This document shows positions 58,379 through 64,000 of a DNA stretch of 64,000 nucleotides, piece after piece. Source of the DNA: an uncultured Candidatus Saccharibacteria bacterium (GTDB lineage Bacteria > Patescibacteriota > Minisyncoccia > Phycocordibacterales > VMEP01); assembly GCA_964579635.1 (NCBI GenBank), contig CAZOFV010000003.1:2768-66767 (forward strand). The letters are read 5' to 3'. The notes beneath the pieces are model-generated. The model worked only from the letters and a program-made list of their open reading frames with translations. It had not been told where the DNA came from and searched no databases. Position 1 is the first letter of the stretch. Every line of letters starts with the position of its first letter. Made by a program: the position numbers and the translations under genes.

Positions 58379-59482
58379 CTACATTACCATACGTTCTTTT
58401 TCTAAATCCGATTCGGTCATTAATTTAACAAGCTCTTTGAATTTTATCTTTGGTTTCCACCCGAGTTTATTTTTTGCTTTTGAATAATCTCCCTTGAGGA
58501 CATCCACCTCTGCTGGGCGGAAGTATCTTGGGTCGATTTCGATTATTGTTTTTCCAGTTTTTTTATCAATACCTTTTTCGTTTGATCCTTTCCCCTTCCA
58601 TACAATATCCATTCCAAGTATTTTTCCAGCTTCTTCAACAAACTCTCTAACACTGTGTGATTCGTTGGTAGCTAAAATAAAATCATCTGGTTCCTTGTGT
58701 TGCAACATAAGCCACATTCCGTAAACATAATCTTTTGCGTGGCCCCAGTCGCGCATAGCATCAAGGTTTCCAAGATATAATTTTTGTTCTTTGCCGAGCT
58801 TGATACGGGAAAGACCTTGGGTGATTTTTCTTGTAACAAAAGTTTCTCCACGTCTTTCACTTTCGTGGTTAAACAGAATTCCGTTTGAGGCAAACATTCC
58901 GTAGCTCTCACGATAGTTTTTTGTTATCCAATATGCATAAACTTTTGCCACACCGTATGGTGAGCGTGGATGGAAAGGAGTCGTTTCTTTAAGTGGTATT
59001 TCTTTCGCCTTACCAAACATTTCACTTGAAGATGCTTGGTAAAATTTTGTTTTACTTAAACCAGCTTCTCTCATTGCATCAAGAAGACGGATTGTTCCAA
59101 GGCCCGTGACGTCGCCCGTGTATTCTGGAATATCAAAACTAACGCGTACGTGACTCTGTGCTCCAAGGTGATAAATTTCATCTGGTTTTATTTTGTTTAA
59201 AACTCGGTTTAAGTTGCTTGAGTCTGAGAGGTCTCCAAAGTGCAGAAAAAATTTATTATTTGATTTATGTGGGTCGTTATAAATATGATCTATTTTTTGT
59301 GTATTGAAGTTGCTAGCGCGACGAATAAGCCCGTGCACTTCATATCCTTTTTCTAAAAGTAATTCAGCTAAATACGAACCATCTTGTCCGGTGATACCAG
59401 TGATAAGAGCTACTTTATTTTTTGTTGACACTTTATTGCTATTTTTTTTATTTGTTATTTTTTTCATTTTTTTGCCTACCAC
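58379..59482 (-). CDS. gmd: GDP-mannose 4,6-dehydratase
   Basis: [37 protein letters not shown] is the canonical Gmd N-terminus. Confidence 0.92.
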   Translation of the reverse strand: MVGKKMKKITNKKNSNKVSTKNKVALITGITGQDGSYLAELLLEKGYEVHGLIRRASNFNTQKIDHIYNDPHKSNNKFFLHFGDLSDSSNLNRVLNKIKPDEIYHLGAQSHVRVSFDIPEYTGDVTGLGTIRLLDAMREAGLSKTKFYQASSSEMFGKAKEIPLKETTPFHPRSPYGVAKVYAYWITKNYRESYGMFASNGILFNHESERRGETFVTRKITQGLSRIKLGKEQKLYLGNLDAMRDWGHAKDYVYGMWLMLQHKEPDDFILATNESHSVREFVEEAGKILGMDIVWKGKGSNEKGIDKKTGKTIIEIDPRYFRPAEVDVLKGDYSKAKNKLGWKPKIKFKELVKLMTESDLEKERMVM

Positions 59483-59724
59483 TTATTTATTTTATTAACC
59501 ACTTTCTTTTTAATTTTTAAATAAGATTGAGTTGCTTCTTTTTCCAGGTCAGGGGAGAGGATACGGAGGAGTTCTTTTCCCATAATTCTGTATTGCCCGC
59601 CGACTTTGTTGGCACGAATGAGGCCGTTTTTAAGCATGCGTTTTACAGTGCTATCGCTTATTTTAAGAATTGTTTGTGTTTCCGCTGTGGTATATACAGC
59701 ATTTGGGTGTATCTCCTGATTCAT
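59476..59724 (-). CDS. Small helix-turn-helix DNA-binding protein (HTH_17/excisionase-type)
   Basis: [38 protein letters not shown]. Overlaps the gmd start by 7 nt. Confidence 0.65.
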   Translation of the reverse strand: MNQEIHPNAVYTTAETQTILKISDSTVKRMLKNGLIRANKVGGQYRIMGKELLRILSPDLEKEATQSYLKIKKKVVNKINKW

Positions 59725-59754
59725 AATTTATTAAGTATTAGTAAAAAGGGTAGA

Positions 59755-59781
59755 AGTGTCAATAAGTGTCAAAAAGTGTCA
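59755..59781. promoter_or_regulatory. Three AGTGTCA direct repeats with exact 10 bp periodicity in the divergent promoter region
   Basis: AGTGTCAATA AGTGTCAAAA AGTGTCATTT, lying between the HTH gene start (59724, minus strand) and the plus-strand gene at 59845. Confidence 0.5.
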
Positions 59782-59844
59782 TTTTCTCGACTCTACTATA
59801 TAACAACTCTTAGGAATAAAAAGTTACCTTAAGTAAGGTGCTAT

Positions 59845-60786
59845 TTGGTTTATTGGGTATTTAATGATAGAAATAACTTAAATTTAAATTATACTGCAAA
59901 AGATAAAATGGCTTTTTATATGAGGCGACCATGGGGGAGAATGTGGAAACTTGTTAACCATAAAAATTTTTGGGTTAAATTTCTTGTGGTCGGTGGGCAG
60001 ACAAGCCTGCAGAGTCATAATCATCGTACTGAATGGCAACTTGGGGTTTTTAAGGTTACCCCTAAAAATAAACACTACGTGCTTCCGGGCGCATATTTTA
60101 GAATAGTTCGTGGCAAGGGGGTTCAAGGAACCGAGGAAGACGACAAGCATCACGAATGGCATGTTGGTTTTTATAGAGTGAAACCAAAAGAGAAACACCG
60201 CTTGCTTCGTGGTGTCTATCTTGAATTTGTACACGGTAGCGCTGCCGACGAAGGAGATATTGTTCGATATGAAGATGATTACAGTAGAACAGGGGAAGAC
60301 AGCGAACAAATAAACGAGAAAGAAAAAATAGTTGTGGTGAGCGGGGGATTTGACCCTATACACGTAGGTCACTTGGAAATGTTTGAAGAAGCTAAAGCTT
60401 TAGGAGATAAGCTCGTTGTAGTGATTAATTGTGATGCATGGCTCATTCGCAAAAAAGGAAAATATTTCATGAATCAAAATGATCGCGCAACACTTATAAA
60501 AGGAATTAAGCATGTAGACGATGTTTTTATTTTGGAAACTGACCGTGATGATGTTGGTGAGGCAATTGAAAAAATACGCCCACACATTTTTGCTAACGGA
60601 GGTGACAGAAAAGATGAGAACGCAATACCAGAAGCGAAGATTTGTAAAGAACTAGGGGTGGAAATGGTTTTTAATATTGGGAAAAGCGGAAAGGTCCGTT
60701 CAAGCTCAGAACTTTTGGAAGATTATATAAAAAAGGACGGTAAAAAAACTGCACGCGGAGATTTTTCTTGGCAAAAAAACGTATAG
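59845..60786 (+). CDS. Bifunctional cupin (mannose-6-phosphate isomerase type II-like) / cytidylyltransferase-like nucleotidyltransferase; start codon uncertain
   Basis: N-terminal half has VVGGQTSLQSHNHRTEWQ (PMI-type cupin motif) and an internal duplicated motif W-x-[LV]G-[VF]-[FY]-[KR]V-x-PK-x-KH. C-terminal half has VVSGGFDPIHVGHLEMF (HxGH nucleotidyltransferase). Confidence 0.6.
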   Translation: MVYWVFNDRNNLNLNYTAKDKMAFYMRRPWGRMWKLVNHKNFWVKFLVVGGQTSLQSHNHRTEWQLGVFKVTPKNKHYVLPGAYFRIVRGKGVQGTEEDDKHHEWHVGFYRVKPKEKHRLLRGVYLEFVHGSAADEGDIVRYEDDYSRTGEDSEQINEKEKIVVVSGGFDPIHVGHLEMFEEAKALGDKLVVVINCDAWLIRKKGKYFMNQNDRATLIKGIKHVDDVFILETDRDDVGEAIEKIRPHIFANGGDRKDENAIPEAKICKELGVEMVFNIGKSGKVRSSSELLEDYIKKDGKKTARGDFSWQKNV

Positions 60787-60828
60787 AAAAGTATAATCCC
60801 TTGAGTATTAAGTGTTTTTGGTAAAATT

Positions 60829-60874
60829 CCCCACCCCCAATCCATGTGCTATAGCATATGGATTGGGGGTGGGG
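60829..60874. repeat. 46 bp near-perfect palindrome CCCCACCCCCAATCCATGTGCTATAGCATATGGATTGGGGGTGGGG
   Basis: Self-complementary sequence. A near-identical copy lies downstream of the PaaX-like gene. Confidence 0.6.
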
Positions 60875-60903
60875 TAAAATTAGTATAAATTTAATAAAGG
60901 CAC

Positions 60904-61473
60904 ATGGGAGTACTTGAAAAAGAATCAAAAAAGAGGGCACAAAAAGAAAATGTACAAAAAATTATTTTGTCTGTTATTAAGGGGGCTGGGATATTAAGTG
61001 TTGCGTTAATTTCACCGAGTGTTGTTGGCGCATTTAATAAATTAGGAATTATTAGAAGAGACAATTATTGGGTAAAACGTTCTATCGATCGGCTTGTTGA
61101 AAAAGGATTAATAAAGTTTGAAAAAACAGAAAAGGGAAATTTTTTTCGCCTTACCACTGAGGGCGAAAGACGTTTATATCAAATGTATGACAAAGGAGAG
61201 TTACCAAGGCCAAGAAAATGGGATGGTAAATGGAGAATTATTATTTACGACCTTAAGGAAGAACGGAAAGCACTTAGGGAAAAATTAAGGAGAACAATAG
61301 AAAGTTTTGGTTTTTTGAAACTACAGGATAGTGTCTGGGTATATCCATATGATTGCGAGGATTTAATTACTCTAATGAAGGCTGATTTTAAAATAGGGAA
61401 GGACGTACTTTATATAATTGCCGATAAAGTAGAAAATGATAAATTTCTCAAAAAAGAATTCGGTATTTTGTGA
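60904..61473 (+). CDS. PaaX-like transcriptional regulator (winged-helix plus PaaX_C-like domain)
   Basis: KWDGKWRIIIYDLKEERKALREKLRRTIESFGFLKLQDSVWVYPYD matches the PaaX C-terminal W.G.W..V.YD.PE..R.....L...GF..LQ.SVW..P pattern. Confidence 0.55.
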   Translation: MGVLEKESKKRAQKENVQKIILSVIKGAGILSVALISPSVVGAFNKLGIIRRDNYWVKRSIDRLVEKGLIKFEKTEKGNFFRLTTEGERRLYQMYDKGELPRPRKWDGKWRIIIYDLKEERKALREKLRRTIESFGFLKLQDSVWVYPYDCEDLITLMKADFKIGKDVLYIIADKVENDKFLKKEFGIL

Positions 61474-61502
61474 TTGTATTCGAGTTTAGATTGTAAAAGT
61501 AA

Positions 61503-61542
61503 CACCTCCAATCCACGTGCTATAGCACGTGGATTGGAGGTG
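61503..61542. repeat. 40 bp perfect palindrome CACCTCCAATCCACGTGCTATAGCACGTGGATTGGAGGTG
   Basis: Shares the core CCAATCCA-yr-TGCTATAGCA-yr-TGGATTGG with the palindrome at 60829-60874. Confidence 0.6.
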
Positions 61543-61642
61543 TGGAGAGGCGAATATTGGAATCTGACAAAGAATCGAAAAATGAGTTATCCACAGAAGT
61601 GGTAGTGAGGGAAGGGAAATGAGGTGGGTTGTTTGGTAAAAT

Positions 61643-62290
61643 TTGGGGAATATGTCCATTTTAAACTGGGGGTGGAGAAAAATTTTGTTACGAGCGCTCG
61701 CCGTTATTTTTATTATTTATGTTGTGTTGGTAATTTATCGAGCTTTTCATTTTTGGAATTTAGAGAAAACAAATAAACAGGTTGAAAAAATACATTCAAC
61801 TAAACTCACATTAGATGATGTGTTTGGTAGAAATTTACCACCAGACCCTGGGGCGGAAGCTGATAAGACAGTTGCGGGAATTGATGCTAACACGAACGGA
61901 ATTCGTGATGATGTAGAAATCGCAATTTTTAAAGAATATCCAAACTCGGCCAAGACGAGGGCGGTGTTGCTTCAATATGCGCTGGCCCTACAGATGGAAG
62001 TAACTCAGCCGATGGTGAATACGGAAACAGTGACAGAAGTGGCAACAGAAAGTAGTCGAGCAGATACATGCCTTGCTGATACTCTTGTGCCAAGAAAAAG
62101 TCCCGAATCATCAAGAGATAATGTTGCTATAGAAGAGATAGATAAATATATCAACTTTGTGAAAAACAAGCAGTTGAATACTGAAACAAGAGAAAATGCC
62201 CACAGGGATTTTTATCGAGGAAATCTTGGGAGTTATGGTGAATCAACAAACATGGTGTGTGACATAGATCCTTCTACTCTGCCAAATTAG
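61643..62290 (+). CDS. Hypothetical membrane-anchored protein
   Basis: N-terminal TM helix LLRALAVIFIIYVVLVIY. No recognised domain. Confidence 0.4.
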   Translation: MGNMSILNWGWRKILLRALAVIFIIYVVLVIYRAFHFWNLEKTNKQVEKIHSTKLTLDDVFGRNLPPDPGAEADKTVAGIDANTNGIRDDVEIAIFKEYPNSAKTRAVLLQYALALQMEVTQPMVNTETVTEVATESSRADTCLADTLVPRKSPESSRDNVAIEEIDKYINFVKNKQLNTETRENAHRDFYRGNLGSYGESTNMVCDIDPSTLPN

Positions 62291-62305
62291 ATTTATCAGA
62301 ATTTT

Positions 62306-64000
62306 ATGAATTATTTTTCATTAAAATTTAAAATAATTACAATTATTGTTTTTGTTGCGATACCACAGCTTTTCGTTTTTGCGCAGACTCGAGGTCAAAC
62401 TTGTTCCCCAAATGGGTATACCATCGAAGCAATTAATGGGGTCTTTACCGATGACTCTGAGGCTAAGGAAAATAAAGATAGTTTAAAAAAACATTTGCCA
62501 AGTATTTATAATAATGAACCGCTAATCGTAGATTATCTTCACAATCCATCCCACCTCGCTGGCATTGGCGATGGGTTAAAAGCTCTATATCAAAAAGTTT
62601 TTGATGACGAAACAATAGAAGATTACGACTTGGTTGAAATGCTTCAATCAGCTAGTGAAAAAGTTAAAACTAAAAAAGTGCTCCTCGTTGCCCATTCACA
62701 GGGTAATTTTTATGCCAATAGTTTTCATGACAAAGTTTATGGAAATCAAGAAAATGCTTCCGCAAACTCTATTGCTGTTTATGCTGTTGCTACTCCGGCT
62801 AGTCGCGTTGCGGGTGGTGGAAAGTGGCTTACTTCAAGTACCGATAAAGTTATTTCTGATTTTGTTGCAAGTGTGCCGTTTAAGAAAATCATGCCCGCAA
62901 ACACAAAAATTATTTTAAAAGAAGGTGATGATAGTCGTGGGCATAGTTTTTCAGATGTTTATATAAAATATCGCGCTGATCAAATTGTTTCCGATATCAA
63001 GGGGTCACTCGATAATTTGAAGGCCAATAATAGTGAAAATTTACCTTGTATTGCGCCACCAAAACGCACTACTGCGCATAAGGTCGAGGGTGCGATTTTT
63101 GCCGTCGTTGATCCTGTTGCGGAAACTACATTAGACGGGACACTTGCAGTTGCGAGTGGTGTTTATGGTGCGACAAAAAATATCGCTTCGGCTATTGGGT
63201 CCGGCGTACGAGTTGTTACTAATTTTGCTTTTAGTAATTCAAATAGTGGTGCGGCGGTAGTTCTCGCCACAGAAACTAGTAACACAAATGAGCAAAAACA
63301 AACAGAAACCGTCACTCAAGACGCTTCCGTTGTGATTGTTGAACCAAACCAAATTGCCCAACAATCTGAAGTGGTGCCTCAAAATGAAGTACAAGATGAG
63401 AGTAATCAAGCTGAATCAGTAGCAACTACAATAATTGTTAAAGAAACGACCGCACCAGAATCAACTATAAATAATATTCCTGAACCAAAGATTAACTTTG
63501 GTAGTGGTTTTTCCCCAGGATTTGGTGGTGGTAGCGCGCCTGCGGTAACACAAACACAAACATCTTCCGCTGATGAGACACTTAGTGTAACTAATGTCGC
63601 AAGTGAACCAGAACAGGTTTTAATTTCTGTAACATCACCAGCTGATTTTTCTCAAACGTTTGCAACGACAACGATAATATTTTCTGGCACTTCGACTCCT
63701 GGTGCGGTTATCTCGAATTCTTTTTCAGAAGCGACCACGACCTCGTCAGGAGAGGGTAATTGGTCACTTTCTGTATCTCTCTTTCCACAAGGAGCAAGCA
63801 CGATACAATTTTTTGCGAGAGTTTCTGGTAATGAAAATGTTGGACAACAAGAAATTACACTGACAGTTGATGTTCCTGTCGTTCCGTCACCAACAATTAC
63901 TTCACACACTTTTCCATTACAGCTTCGCGCGAAGTCAGTTACTTTTTCTGGGACTGGGACACCAGGATTTACGATAACAAATAATTTTAATAGCATGACC
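62306..64000 (+). CDS. Large secreted surface protein (partial, continues past the window end): signal peptide, alpha/beta-hydrolase-like N-terminal domain, Ser/Thr-rich repeat region
   Basis: ATG at 62306 with no in-frame stop to position 64000. MNYFSLKFKIITIIVFVAIPQLFVFAQT signal peptide. VLLVAHSQGNFYANSF nucleophile-elbow-like motif. Later repeated FSGT[SG]TPG[AF][VT]I[ST]N units. Confidence 0.6.
   Translation, partial: MNYFSLKFKIITIIVFVAIPQLFVFAQTRGQTCSPNGYTIEAINGVFTDDSEAKENKDSLKKHLPSIYNNEPLIVDYLHNPSHLAGIGDGLKALYQKVFDDETIEDYDLVEMLQSASEKVKTKKVLLVAHSQGNFYANSFHDKVYGNQENASANSIAVYAVATPASRVAGGGKWLTSSTDKVISDFVASVPFKKIMPANTKIILKEGDDSRGHSFSDVYIKYRADQIVSDIKGSLDNLKANNSENLPCIAPPKRTTAHKVEGAIFAVVDPVAETTLDGTLAVASGVYGATKNIASAIGSGVRVVTNFAFSNSNSGAAVVLATETSNTNEQKQTETVTQDASVVIVEPNQIAQQSEVVPQNEVQDESNQAESVATTIIVKETTAPESTINNIPEPKINFGSGFSPGFGGGSAPAVTQTQTSSADETLSVTNVASEPEQVLISVTSPADFSQTFATTTIIFSGTSTPGAVISNSFSEATTTSSGEGNWSLSVSLFPQGASTIQFFARVSGNENVGQQEITLTVDVPVVPSPTITSHTFPLQLRAKSVTFSGTGTPGFTITNNFNSMT

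Noticed and set aside
62634-63996. Track ORFs 62634-62918 (+) and 63652-63996 (-).
   Set aside because: They lie inside the long stop-free plus-strand frame starting at 62306, which has a signal peptide and coherent domain content. They are alternative-frame artefacts.
1-64000. CRISPR arrays, rRNA genes, integrase or transposase genes.
   Set aside because: No regularly spaced direct repeats and no rRNA-like conserved blocks were seen. No ORF with tyrosine/serine recombinase or DDE transposase motifs was seen.

Overview
This is a 64 kb window from an AT-rich bacterial genome, roughly one-third GC by eye. The gene content looks like Candidate Phyla Radiation / Patescibacteria: a lamin-tail-domain surface protein, a VirD4/TraD-like ATPase, a type IV pilin, short genes and tight operons. 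That taxonomic call is an inference from the sequence alone.

Positions 1 to about 21 kb are housekeeping. They hold a partial RNase J, an OppA-like binding protein, secG, groES-groEL, lemA, htpX, a CDP-alcohol phosphatidyltransferase, a class II B12-dependent ribonucleotide reductase with an ATP cone, murI, murC and rsmI. This stretch is interrupted by two tRNAs, tRNA-Ser(GGA) and tRNA-Ile(GAU). The tRNA-Ser is embedded in degenerate fragments of itself. Three short GC-rich islands also sit here, each with its own promoter-like and terminator-like signals: around 11.7-12.0 kb, 14.9-15.6 kb and 18.0-18.2 kb.

Positions about 21.6 to 59.7 kb are one very large cell-surface glycan biosynthesis and export locus. 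It carries:
- many GT4 and GT2 glycosyltransferases and two GT11 fucosyltransferases;
- a GtrA / GT2 / ArnT-like polyprenyl-phosphate-sugar module;
- GDP-fucose genes (gmd, fcl);
- a ColD/E1-like 3-dehydratase with histidine in place of the catalytic lysine;
- heptose-pathway pieces (gmhA, a GHMP kinase, cytidylyltransferases);
- an AsnB-like amidotransferase;
- at least nine SAM-dependent methyltransferases;
- a GC-rich class B radical-SAM gene with a minimal TPP-dependent E1 alpha/beta pair;
- a Wzm/Wzt ABC exporter with a CmcI-type methyltransferase.

Inside this locus sits a small family of elements bounded by terminal inverted repeats (consensus T[G/C]ATCCCGTAC[A/G]AAAT). One copy carries a stand-alone GIY-YIG nuclease gene, one is a 125 bp MITE-like copy, and one is a degenerate copy.

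The 3' end has an HTH gene preceded by three AGTGTCA direct repeats, a cupin-cytidylyltransferase fusion, a PaaX-like regulator flanked by two near-identical 40-46 bp perfect palindromes, and a partial gene for a large secreted repeat protein. No CRISPR array or rRNA gene was seen. Coordinates I derived by hand may be off by a base or two.
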